In this document: positions 41,950 through 51,288 of the stretch, piece by piece
Position numbering within the stretch: position 1 is the first letter of the stretch
Layout: every line of letters begins with the position of its first letter
Assembly (NCBI GenBank): GCA_050953085.1
Contig: JBMNLX010000001.1
Location: 187,234 to 251,233, forward strand
Length of the DNA stretch: 64,000 bases
Source: Bacilli bacterium
Lineage (GTDB): Bacteria > Bacillota_I > Bacilli_A > ML615J-28 > CAG-698
Reading direction: 5' to 3'
Position numbers and translations under genes: made by a program
The notes under the pieces: generated by a model
What the model was told of the DNA's origin: nothing
Seen by the model: only the letters and a program-made list of their open reading frames with translations
Database searches by the model: none

Positions 41950-43744
41950 CGTTATCCCCCCCTTCCTTTATATACCACTTCTTCTGCGCGTTAAACATTT
42001 CCGCGTAGATCCCCGCTCGTCCCATCAATTCCTCGTGCGTTCCCGACTCCGCGATTTTCCCGTCGCTGATGACGAATATCCGGTCGGTAATCATCGTCGA
42101 GGCGAGCCGGTGAGTGATGAAAAGCGCCGTTTTCCCCTCCGCCATCATGGCGAACTCGCCGTATAGCCCGGCTTCCGCGACCGGGTCAAGCTGGGACGTC
42201 GGCTCGTCCAAAAGCAAGACCGGTTTGTTTCCCATGAAGGCGCGGGCGAGCGCGATCCTTTGCCATTCGCCGCCGGAGATATCGACGCCTCCCGAAAAGT
42301 CCCGGCCCAACAAGGTATCGTAGCCGTCCGGAAGATTCCGGATAAAGCCGTCCGCTTTCCCTTTGAGCGCGGCGGCCTTGATTTTCCCGTCGTCGGAAAG
42401 GTTGTCGATATCGCCGATGCCGATGTTTTCCCTGACGGTAATACTGTAACGGAAGAAATCCTGAAAAACAGGTCCGAAAATTTTTGTCCGCTGGCTTAAC
42501 GGGTACGAGTCGAGATTCTTACCGCCGACCAGTATCTCGCCTTGATTGGGCGTGAAAAGCCCGAGCAAAATCTTTATCAGGGTCGACTTCCCGGCGCCGT
42601 TCTCGCCGACAAGCGACGCTTTCTCTCCGGCGCTTATTTTAAAGGAAAGACCCTTTAAAATATCCCTGTCCGTCCCGGGGTAGCGGAACCAGATGTTTTT
42701 AAACTCGATATCGTATTTTTCCGGCAAAATCCCCGCCGGCGGCGACGGCTCGTCCGATAGATTGAAAAATTTATCGTAATAGTCGTAAGTGTTAATGTGA
42801 AAAGGAGCCCACTTGAAGATAAAGGCGCAACCGGAAAGATTGTCATAGATTTCGCCGAATAAAAGCGAAGAGACGGCGATGAACAACCCGACCGTTATTT
42901 GCCGGTCGACGAACAAAAATAGAAGGATAATAACGTTCGCGAGCGAAGCGAACCGCGTCAGATTCCCGCTCGTAAGGATCCGCCTTAAATTTTTAAAATA
43001 GTAACGCTCGTATTCGCGGTTGCGCTCGTTCAGCCGTTTTTTATAGACGTCGATTAGGTAATCGGCGTTCCCGAAAGCCTTTAGTTCCTTGGAGTACCTC
43101 CGCGACCGCAGGTATTCCCCGAGAATATCGTACTTTCTTTCCTTTTTCCAGTATTTCTCCATCTCCCGATAGATATTGTAGTTAATCCGGGACTGGACGT
43201 AAGTCTCGATAATAAAAGGAATTAAGACCGTTAGAATCAGCCACCATTTGATGCCGATAATATAAGCAAGCGAGCCGATGCTCGCGACGAGGGAAATAAG
43301 CCAATAGTTCACGTACATCGGCCAAAGATGCCGGGCCGCGTTCTCGGCGCGATTGTAGGCCTTATCGATAATTTCCGCGGTCGCCTCATTCTCAAAATGC
43401 TCGTACTTCATCGTTTTAAGTTTTTGAATCATCCTGGCCTTATAAGTCGTCCGTAAGATTAGCATCGAACGGGGATTAACGTAATTCCATATGATACCGC
43501 TCGCGATATACGGCATAATGGCAAGAATGACATAGAGAACTAAAAAAATCGCGTAATCAGCAAAAGTCATCGCCCCGGAAGCCACGGCTATCCCGCCGTC
43601 GATAATGTTTTTTCTCACGTATATCATCGCGGGCGTAATTAACCCGGAAGCAAGCGAAGCGATGAAAGCTATAATAACCATTATCGGCGCTTCCGAGAAC
43701 ATAATCCCCAACAAATCTTTATACGCCTTCCAAATCCGTTTCAT
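41936..43744 (-). CDS. ABC exporter, fused TMD-NBD subunit (probable heterodimer partner)
   Basis: GENGAGKS, ISGGEWQ, LLDEPT. Confidence 0.93.
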   Translation of the reverse strand: MKRIWKAYKDLLGIMFSEAPIMVIIAFIASLASGLITPAMIYVRKNIIDGGIAVASGAMTFADYAIFLVLYVILAIMPYIASGIIWNYVNPRSMLILRTTYKARMIQKLKTMKYEHFENEATAEIIDKAYNRAENAARHLWPMYVNYWLISLVASIGSLAYIIGIKWWLILTVLIPFIIETYVQSRINYNIYREMEKYWKKERKYDILGEYLRSRRYSKELKAFGNADYLIDVYKKRLNERNREYERYYFKNLRRILTSGNLTRFASLANVIILLFLFVDRQITVGLFIAVSSLLFGEIYDNLSGCAFIFKWAPFHINTYDYYDKFFNLSDEPSPPAGILPEKYDIEFKNIWFRYPGTDRDILKGLSFKISAGEKASLVGENGAGKSTLIKILLGLFTPNQGEILVGGKNLDSYPLSQRTKIFGPVFQDFFRYSITVRENIGIGDIDNLSDDGKIKAAALKGKADGFIRNLPDGYDTLLGRDFSGGVDISGGEWQRIALARAFMGNKPVLLLDEPTSQLDPVAEAGLYGEFAMMAEGKTALFITHRLASTMITDRIFVISDGKIAESGTHEELMGRAGIYAEMFNAQKKWYIKEGGDNDGGE

Positions 43745-43868
43745 GATCTTCTCCTTGATTTACTATGAATCATTATACAATATTTGCGGGAAAATGTAAA
43801 TACGCGAATGATTTTGCCGGGAAAGGCGGGATTTTGTTCGAAAAACCTTGTCTCTTAACGCGTTCTTT

Positions 43869-43897
43869 GCATAATGTAGCCAGTTTCAGGCAAAATA
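43869..43897 (+). promoter_or_regulatory. SigmaF/sigmaG-like forespore promoter
   Basis: GCATA-N15-GGCAAAATA, matches the sigmaF consensus GCATR-N15-GGHRARHTX. Confidence 0.65.
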
Positions 43898-43917
43898 TAT
43901 ATAAAGGAGGATACGCG

Positions 43918-44100
43918 ATGAACGAGAAAAACCAAAAACGGGAACTCACTTACAACGAGGCTAAGGCGCTTTTGGAACAAATGTACGCCAAGGGCGACGT
44001 CGAATTCGCGAAAGATATGTGGGGCGGCCAAAAACAAGAAAAAGAGCGACAACCCCAGCAGCAGTCCCAACAAAACGCGCAAGATAATCAACCGGAATAA
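43918..44100 (+). CDS. Small Q/N-rich protein (60 aa), candidate spore protein
   Basis: AAAGGAGG RBS, own promoter and terminator (44101-44125); DVEFAKD motif and Q-rich tail. Confidence 0.7.
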   Translation: MNEKNQKRELTYNEAKALLEQMYAKGDVEFAKDMWGGQKQEKERQPQQQSQQNAQDNQPE

Positions 44101-44235
44101 ACTGTTGAGCAATCGACAGTTTTTTCTTTATTGCGAAGCGAAAATAGATTTGCGTTTCCGGCGATAAATTCCCGCCCATTTGATATAATAATAACCAAAG
44201 GCAATTTGCCCTAAATTATACTCAAGGAGGATTAA

Positions 44236-45465
44236 ATGAGCGAACTTATTGATAATAATAAATTCCGGCAGGAAAAACTTAAAGAGTTAATCAAGTCCCT
44301 GCATGACGGCAGGCCCGTCGACGAGGTTAAGGCCGAGTTTAAAAAACACTTTTCCGACGTCACGACGGCGGAAATCTCGCAAATCGAGCAACTTTTGGTT
44401 AAGGAGGGAATGCAGGTCGAGGAAATCCAGCGCCTCTGCGACGTCCACGCTGCCGTCTTCGAAGGCTCGATCAGCGACATTCATTCCCTGAAAAATTACC
44501 GGAAGACCGCCGGTCACCCGGTAAACATCTTCCTGGAGGAAAACAAGGCGATCGAGAAATTGATCGACGAAGAAATCCGCCCGGCGATTGATAAGTATCT
44601 TGCTGGACGCAATCAAACTAATCTTCTCGCCCTGCTAAAGGCCGCGTTTAAACTAAGCGATATTAACATCCATTACGGCCGTAAAGAATACCTCTTCTTT
44701 CCCTACCTGGAAAAATACAAGATAACGGCTCCGCCCAAGGTAATGTGGGGCGTCGACGACGAGATCCGCGCCGAAATCAAAGAGTTTCTTAACTATCTTC
44801 AGGAAAAAGAAATCGACGCGGCGGAACTCAAAAGCAAGTCCGAGCGCGTCTTCCAAAAAATAAGCGACATGATTTTTAAGGAAAATAATATCCTCCTTCC
44901 GCTGATGGAAGAGACCTTCACCTTCTACGACTGGATAAAAATTGACGAGGCTTCCCCGGAATACGGGTATTGTTTGATCAAACCGACGCGAACCTGGAAA
45001 GCGGAAAAACCGTCTCCAGCCGAAGATAAAAAGCCGGAAAAACAAGCGAACGCGCCGATCGGCGCGATTATGTTTGACGCCGGCAGCCTGACCCCGGAGG
45101 AGATTAACGCCATCCTAAATACCGCGCCTTTCGACATGACGTTTGTGGACGCGGAGGACAAAGTGAAATACTTTACCCAAGGTAAGGAAAGAATATTCGA
45201 CCGCCCGCTGACCGTTATCGGGCGTTCCGTCGAACTTTGCCATCCGCCGAAAAGCGTCCACGTCGTTAACGAAATCGTCGAGAATTTCCGCGCCGGGCGC
45301 CGCGACGTCGAGGAATTCTGGATCAAGCGGGGCGAGCGTTACGTTCATATCCGTTACTTCGCCGTCCGCGACAAAAACAACAAGTATCTCGGCACCTTGG
45401 AAGTGACCCAAGACATCGCCCCAATTCAAAAAATCGAAGGCGAGAAAAGACTTTTGGACAAATAA
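44236..45465 (+). CDS. DUF438 / hemerythrin / PAS-domain protein
   Basis: RLCDVHA, GHPV, HYGRKE, PPKVMWGVDDEIR, CHPPKS. Confidence 0.92.
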   Translation: MSELIDNNKFRQEKLKELIKSLHDGRPVDEVKAEFKKHFSDVTTAEISQIEQLLVKEGMQVEEIQRLCDVHAAVFEGSISDIHSLKNYRKTAGHPVNIFLEENKAIEKLIDEEIRPAIDKYLAGRNQTNLLALLKAAFKLSDINIHYGRKEYLFFPYLEKYKITAPPKVMWGVDDEIRAEIKEFLNYLQEKEIDAAELKSKSERVFQKISDMIFKENNILLPLMEETFTFYDWIKIDEASPEYGYCLIKPTRTWKAEKPSPAEDKKPEKQANAPIGAIMFDAGSLTPEEINAILNTAPFDMTFVDAEDKVKYFTQGKERIFDRPLTVIGRSVELCHPPKSVHVVNEIVENFRAGRRDVEEFWIKRGERYVHIRYFAVRDKNNKYLGTLEVTQDIAPIQKIEGEKRLLDK

Positions 45466-45470
45466 ACGCC

Positions 45471-45506
45471 AAACCGCTTTTTCACAAATCGAAAAAGCGG
45501 TTTTTT
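45471..45506. terminator. Bidirectional terminator
   Basis: AAACCGCTTTTTC...GAAAAAGCGGTTT. Confidence 0.8.
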
Positions 45507-45547
45507 ATTGACACAAAAAAAGCGTTGACCAAACAACGCTTTCGGGT

Positions 45548-46552
45548 TTATAAGATATTTATCTTTTTTTCCCTTAAGATTTTCAAGTGCTCTTCCGGCC
45601 AAATCGAAGCCTGGACCTCGCCGATATGGATCTTCTCAAGCAACACGAGGCACGCGCGCGATTGCCCGATTCCACCCCCGACGGTAAGCGGCAGGCGGCC
45701 GGCTAAAACATCCTTATGATACGGTAAGTCCAGCCGCTTTTCCGCGCCGGCCAGGGAGCTTTGCCGGAGGAGGGTTTCTTTATCGACGCGGATTCCCATC
45801 GACGATAACTCGACGGCCTGGGAAAGCGGCGGGTACCAGATGAGAATATCGCCGTTTAACGTCCAGTCATCGTAGTCGGGCGCCCTCAGGTCATGAGGCC
45901 ATCCGTCCCCAAGCCGGTGACCGATTTCGGAAATGAAGACGACGCCGCGCTCGCGGCAGATGGCGTCTTCCCTTTCTTTCGGCGACAGGTCGGGATAACG
46001 GGCGCGAAGCTCCTCGGAAGAGATAAAATAAACGTCGTCATTGACCGGCGCGCTCAGGGCGGGGAACGCGGCGGAAAGGACGGCCTTGGTTTCCTTCAGG
46101 GTCAAGACGATTTTTCTTACCAACTTCTTCAGGTATTCCAAGTCGCGCTCTTCCCGGGTAATGACGATTTCCCAATCCCATTGGTCGACATAAATGGAAT
46201 GGAGATTGTCCAATTCCTCGTCGCGCCGGATGGCGTTCATGTCGGTATAAAGGCCTTCCCCGGGCTTAAACCCATAACGGGTCAGGGCGAGCCGCTTCCA
46301 CTTCGCGAGCGATTGGACGATTTCCGCCGTTTTGCCGGTGGCCTTGATCTCGAAGCTGACCGGGCGTTCCACGCCGCTCAAATTATCGTTAAGACCCGAT
46401 TCCGGGTAGACAAAGAGCGGAGCCGAGACCCGCGTGAGATTCAGGTTTTTGGCCAGTTTTCTTTCGAATGTATCTTTCGCTAACTTTATCGCGACCTGCG
46501 TCTCACGGATGCTTAAGCGGTCGCGATAATCTCGGGGAATAATTAGGCTCAT
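45548..46552 (-). CDS. asnA: Aspartate-ammonia ligase
   Basis: NDNLSGVERPV, VQSLAKWKR, VDQWDWE, RAPDYDDW, GGGIGQSR. Confidence 0.97.
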   Translation of the reverse strand: MSLIIPRDYRDRLSIRETQVAIKLAKDTFERKLAKNLNLTRVSAPLFVYPESGLNDNLSGVERPVSFEIKATGKTAEIVQSLAKWKRLALTRYGFKPGEGLYTDMNAIRRDEELDNLHSIYVDQWDWEIVITREERDLEYLKKLVRKIVLTLKETKAVLSAAFPALSAPVNDDVYFISSEELRARYPDLSPKEREDAICRERGVVFISEIGHRLGDGWPHDLRAPDYDDWTLNGDILIWYPPLSQAVELSSMGIRVDKETLLRQSSLAGAEKRLDLPYHKDVLAGRLPLTVGGGIGQSRACLVLLEKIHIGEVQASIWPEEHLKILREKKINIL

Positions 46553-46563
46553 AATGTAATCCG

Positions 46564-47940
46564 TTATCGTTTCAGACTGGGGAGGCTCGCGGCGGCAATC
46601 GCCTGGCCGACGCGCCGGTTCTTTTCTTCCGGCAAATGGAATTTAATATGACGGTGCTCGGGAAATTCATCGTAAAGCGTCTTTTCCGCCCATTCCCGGA
46701 TCAAGTTTCCGCCTTTTCCGCTCGTGACCCGGCCCAAAAGCAAGACATGCTTAAGGTTGTAGAACCGGGCGTAATACGCGATTGTGTAGCCGAGATAGAT
46801 GCCGATGTCGGCAAAAATCCTCTCCGCCAAAGCGTCGCCCGCGTCGTTTAATTTTTGGATTTCTTTTAATTTTTGCGCGGGGGAAAGGTCGGGCTTGAAG
46901 CGATAACCTCCGGCTTCCGCGAGTTTAATAACCCCGTCTTGGGAGAAATACTTGACGCCGCAGCCGACATCGCCGCTCCATTCGTCAATCATGCTGTCTT
47001 TATTGAAATCTACGGGCACAAAAGCAAGTTCGTTAAGCCAGCCGGTCAAATTACCGTTCTCGTTGGTATAGCCGGCCGCTTCCGAAGTCCCCATCGCGAT
47101 TCCGAGGATTTGCGTGTCGTTAAGTTCCATCGCCCCGGCCAAGGCGGCGACGTCGCCGTCGTTGGCGACCCTGAACGGGATATCCGCGCCGAAAGTTCTC
47201 ACGATATCGATATACATATTTTTAACCTTGGCGTCGTACAATTCGTTCGGCACCTTCAAGAAGAGCGACGCCATCATGACGCGGTTGTCGACGTAAATAC
47301 CGGCCGACGAGACGCCTATGGCATCGACCCGGGGCATATGGCTCGCGGCTGTCCGCATCGCCTCCATAATATGCTCGCGATGGTATTCCGGATCGCTGTT
47401 AATTTTCGGGTACCAAACCACTTCCTCGCTGTAAACGACTTCCCCGTCGATAACAGCGGCGACTTTCCGGTCGCTCCCGCCGGCGTCAAATCCGATCCGG
47501 CAGCCCGACAAGTCTTTTTCGAGGACGATTACTTCTTGGTTAAGCGGCGGAACTTCATGATAATCCGCTTTCAGCACGGTAAACTCGTTTTCATAAACAT
47601 GGCTCATGAACAGCGCGTCAAACGCGCGATTACCGCCTTTCGCGTAATCGGCCTTTAGCCGCTCGTACAAATAATCCGATCCGGCGATATATATTTTATA
47701 CCCGCCGGCAATCCACAACAATGATTTTACGATCCTTTCCACAATCTCGTAATTTTCCTCGTCAAAACCGGTATTATCGGCGAAAACATCGAGTTCGTAC
47801 CGGTAATTGTAACCCTTGTTTCGCTCGAGGCAAATCACGAGTTTTTGCTTTTGCGTCGCTTTGCTTACTTTCTCCTCATACTCCCGAAGTTTTAAAACAA
47901 TCGGGGAAAAATCCGGATCGAGCTTCGGAACGTACTTCAT
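46564..47940 (-). CDS. ROK-family protein with N-terminal extension
   Basis: GFDAGGSD, NDGDVAALAG, MGTSEAAG. Confidence 0.8.
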   Translation of the reverse strand: MKYVPKLDPDFSPIVLKLREYEEKVSKATQKQKLVICLERNKGYNYRYELDVFADNTGFDEENYEIVERIVKSLLWIAGGYKIYIAGSDYLYERLKADYAKGGNRAFDALFMSHVYENEFTVLKADYHEVPPLNQEVIVLEKDLSGCRIGFDAGGSDRKVAAVIDGEVVYSEEVVWYPKINSDPEYHREHIMEAMRTAASHMPRVDAIGVSSAGIYVDNRVMMASLFLKVPNELYDAKVKNMYIDIVRTFGADIPFRVANDGDVAALAGAMELNDTQILGIAMGTSEAAGYTNENGNLTGWLNELAFVPVDFNKDSMIDEWSGDVGCGVKYFSQDGVIKLAEAGGYRFKPDLSPAQKLKEIQKLNDAGDALAERIFADIGIYLGYTIAYYARFYNLKHVLLLGRVTSGKGGNLIREWAEKTLYDEFPEHRHIKFHLPEEKNRRVGQAIAAASLPSLKR

Positions 47941-47960
47941 CTATTGCACCTCTTCTCTAT

Positions 47961-48425
47961 TTAATTGATTTCTTTGATTACTACATAATATTCGTCGCCT
48001 TCATTGGTCTTCACCAAAACACGATCGCCGATCTTATGGTTTAAAATCGCGGCGCCAAGCGGCGACTCGTTTGAGATCTTACCGGCCAAGGGATCGGATT
48101 CCAAACTGCCGACGATGGTGAAAGTGTCGGTCGTTTTATCCTCGTATTCCAGAACCACGGTCTTACCGAGATTGGAAGGCGAGGATTTATCAAACGCGAT
48201 AATCTCGGCGTTTTTAATGATGTTTTCCAATTCCTTAATCCGGTTTTCGACCCTGGCTTGCTCGTCACGGGCATTGTCGTAATCGGCGTTTTCCGAAAGA
48301 TCGCCCTGAGAGCGCGCCTCCCTTAGAGATTCAATAATTCGAGGCCGTTCTTTTTTTATCAAGTTTTCTAATTCTTTTTTATATCTTTCCAATCCCACCG
48401 GAGTTAGCTGATGCTTTCCATTCAT
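47961..48425 (-). CDS. greA: Transcription elongation factor GreA
   Basis: GDLSENADY and ISNESPLG motifs. Confidence 0.97.
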   Translation of the reverse strand: MNGKHQLTPVGLERYKKELENLIKKERPRIIESLREARSQGDLSENADYDNARDEQARVENRIKELENIIKNAEIIAFDKSSPSNLGKTVVLEYEDKTTDTFTIVGSLESDPLAGKISNESPLGAAILNHKIGDRVLVKTNEGDEYYVVIKEIN

Positions 48426-48574
48426 AAAAAAAATCCTCCCACTAGTGAATTTTAAGATATTATAACAAAAATCGGACGAATAAGCAAGATAATATTTCTT
48501 TATCCGCCGGTATTTTTTGACAACATTTTACAATAATAATATTCCCCGTATTTAACTTTGGAACGGACGATAGC

Positions 48575-49744
48575 CTAATCGACCAAGCGGATCATGTCGG
48601 GATAACGAACGGGAAAGGGGACTTTCATACGGATTATCTGCCTCGGATGCCGAGCGGCGTCCAAAAGGCGCCCTTCCTCGTCCCATATATCGCCTACAGT
48701 TATTCTCGCGTTCGCAAGCCGCGGGCCGAAAAACTCGAGCGCGTCGCCCGGGGCGAAATAATTGCGCTGTTCGATAACGGCGACGCCTGTTTCGTTGTCG
48801 TAAGAGCGGACGATTCCGACGAAAGTTTTCTCGCTTTCCGACTTGCCGGCGTACAATTGCCCGGCGGCGCCCGGGTGACCGAAGAAAAAGCCGCTTCCCG
48901 TTTCCCGGTTTTCCGCCTTCGCAAGTTCGCTTTCGTAATAAGCGTAATCGGCGATTTCCCCGTTCTTTAGGTATTCGTCGATCAACCGCCGGTAGGCGCG
49001 GACAACGGTCGCGATGTAGTGAACCGATTTCATCCGTCCCTCGATTTTAAGCGACTTGACGCCGGAGTCGATTAAAGCGCCGACGGCGCGCAAACCCGAC
49101 AAATCCTTCGAGCCCATTAAAAACTCGCCGCCGCCCGGCTCGTCAAAGAAATAACGCCACCGGCAGGAATGGGCGCAGCCGCCGCGATTGGCGTCGCGGC
49201 CGGCAAGATAATTGCTTAAGACGCAACGGCCGGAATAAGCGACGCACATGCCGCCGTGGATGAAAACCTCCAATTCGATATCCGTGTTTTCTTTGATTCG
49301 CTTGATTTGTTCAAGCGTCAGCTCGCGGGCGAGAACAATCCGGGAAAAGCCGCGCGACTTGTAAAAGTTCGCGGCGCGCGAATTCGCTACGGAAGCCTGC
49401 GTGCTAAGATGAATCTCAAGTTCGGGAGCGACCCGCCGCGCCACGGCGGCGTATTCCAGACTGGTGACAATCGCGCCGTTAACCCCGATACCTGCGAGCT
49501 CGCGCGCGTAATCCGCGAAACCGCGCATATCCTCGTTATGAGGAACGATATTTACCGTCACGTATACTTTCGCCCCGCGTTCGCGGGCAAAGCGGCAGGC
49601 TTCCTTGATATCGTCCGAGGTGAAATTACTCGCCCGGGCGCGGAGGCTGTATTTTTTCCCGCCGATATAAACGGCGTCGGCGCCGTATAATATCGCGATT
49701 TTAAGTTTTTCCAAATCGCCTGCGGGCGCCAAGAGTTCGATCAT
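48575..49744 (-). CDS. Peptidase U32 family tRNA hydroxylase (TrhP2/YrrO-like)
   Basis: ELLAPAG, HGGMCVAYSGRC, NRGGCAHSCR, KIEGR. Confidence 0.92.
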   Translation of the reverse strand: MIELLAPAGDLEKLKIAILYGADAVYIGGKKYSLRARASNFTSDDIKEACRFARERGAKVYVTVNIVPHNEDMRGFADYARELAGIGVNGAIVTSLEYAAVARRVAPELEIHLSTQASVANSRAANFYKSRGFSRIVLARELTLEQIKRIKENTDIELEVFIHGGMCVAYSGRCVLSNYLAGRDANRGGCAHSCRWRYFFDEPGGGEFLMGSKDLSGLRAVGALIDSGVKSLKIEGRMKSVHYIATVVRAYRRLIDEYLKNGEIADYAYYESELAKAENRETGSGFFFGHPGAAGQLYAGKSESEKTFVGIVRSYDNETGVAVIEQRNYFAPGDALEFFGPRLANARITVGDIWDEEGRLLDAARHPRQIIRMKVPFPVRYPDMIRLVD

Positions 49745-50610
49745 AACGCCTCGCCCCCTGGCAAAATCTCATCCGACCGATACCCGGCCTTTAAATCGGG
49801 ATAAATCCTCGCGAGTTCCAAATATAATTCCCCCGCGCGATCGGGCTCGTTTAAGAGTCCGCGGTATAGCGCCGTAACGGCGGCGAGTTCTTCTTCCGGG
49901 ATAAAAGCGCCATTAATCCTGATAAAGCGCGGAAGCTGGGAAAATGCCAGAAGCTCGCGGAAAATGGCAATCCGGTAGCCGGTAAAAATCAGGGAGCAAT
50001 GCTTTGATTCATAGATAATATTTCCCCCGGACCGAGTTTCCTCCCTGATTTGATAGGGAACCCCCGTCCTAAAGTTTGCGCCGGAGTAATCGCCATACGC
50101 GGTAAGCAAAGGCCGGCGCGAATAAAAAATCCGGCGATGACCGTAGACTTCCAACACGGCGTTTCCGGGGGCGACGATTCGTTCCATGTCGCCGCGGGAA
50201 ACCTCGTTGCTTACGGCTACGAGGCCGTCCCATTCGCGGTGAATTTCCGCGTCGCGGTAATTGGTAACCAAAGTTTTCGGGTCATAAATCAGCCGGACCG
50301 GCGGCTTGTTTTCAAGATACCATGCTAAAACTGCGTAATCGCCGTAAAGAAAATAATCGACCCCGAGACCGGTATAAAAAGCGAGACTCTCGTCAAGGTC
50401 GTCAAGTTCGTTCTCGTCAACAATCTTATCCACATTTACAATCGCGAGTAATCCCTTGTCTTTGCATTCCCTGACCCGCGTGGCGATATCCCCGCGCGAG
50501 GCGGGAGCGACCGGATGGAGGGAGAAATCGGGATCGGCAAACACAAAGCCGTCGCAAGCAAGCCCGACCGGGCTTGAGGCGGCGTTAACGTCAACGATAA
50601 TCCTCGTCAT
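49741..50610 (-). CDS. Divergent peptidase U32 family protein (TrhP1/YrrN-like)
   Basis: EVYG...IFYSRRPLL motif; sits between trmR and the second U32 gene. Confidence 0.75.
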   Translation of the reverse strand: MTRIIVDVNAASSPVGLACDGFVFADPDFSLHPVAPASRGDIATRVRECKDKGLLAIVNVDKIVDENELDDLDESLAFYTGLGVDYFLYGDYAVLAWYLENKPPVRLIYDPKTLVTNYRDAEIHREWDGLVAVSNEVSRGDMERIVAPGNAVLEVYGHRRIFYSRRPLLTAYGDYSGANFRTGVPYQIREETRSGGNIIYESKHCSLIFTGYRIAIFRELLAFSQLPRFIRINGAFIPEEELAAVTALYRGLLNEPDRAGELYLELARIYPDLKAGYRSDEILPGGEAL

Positions 50611-51239
50611 TTCTCGATCCTCCGGCTTACCGCAAAACCGTCGCCAATAGCGAAAAAGCGCGTTTGAAACTCCTTGTTACGGGAGAGCCAACGATTGAAT
50701 TTATCGATTTTTTCCGTAAGGTGCTTAAGGTCACGGCTCGCGATAGTTTTGCTTTTCCCGACAAGACCGTGGAAGAGTAAATTATCGGTAAGTATCAGTC
50801 CTCCCGGGGCCAGTTTCTCCTTGTATTTTTCAAAGTAATTTATATACTGGGCCTTGGCGGCGTCTATAAAAATCATATCGTAGTCGGCGGCCAAAAGGTC
50901 CGGGTCAAGTTCAAGGGCGTCGGCGCAATGCACGTTGACGCGTTCGGAAAGATTCGCGGCGGCGATATAATCGACGGCTCGTTCGCACAAGGCGGGGTTT
51001 CGCTCGATCGTGTCGATTTTCACCACCGGGTCGCGAAGGGCGATATTGATTACGCAATAGCCGATCGCCGTCCCAATTTCTAAAAATCTTTTAGGCTTAA
51101 CTATATCAACCAGCAACAGTATCATAGTCAAGCCTTCGTCGTTTACAATCGGTATTTTATTGTTTTTCGCGTATTTTATCATCGACTTGATGACCCTGTT
51201 TGTAGGCAAGGTGTTCAAGCCAGCAATATACTCGTTCAT
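50607..51239 (-). CDS. trmR: O-methyltransferase (TrmR/YrrM-like)
   Basis: LEIGTAIGY, FIDAAKAQY, DNLLFHG; start at MNEYIAG. Confidence 0.85.
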   Translation of the reverse strand: MNEYIAGLNTLPTNRVIKSMIKYAKNNKIPIVNDEGLTMILLLVDIVKPKRFLEIGTAIGYCVINIALRDPVVKIDTIERNPALCERAVDYIAAANLSERVNVHCADALELDPDLLAADYDMIFIDAAKAQYINYFEKYKEKLAPGGLILTDNLLFHGLVGKSKTIASRDLKHLTEKIDKFNRWLSRNKEFQTRFFAIGDGFAVSRRIEK

Positions 51240-51288
51240 TATTTTCACCTGAATTATTATATAACAAAAACCGGGCAAATGCAAGAAA

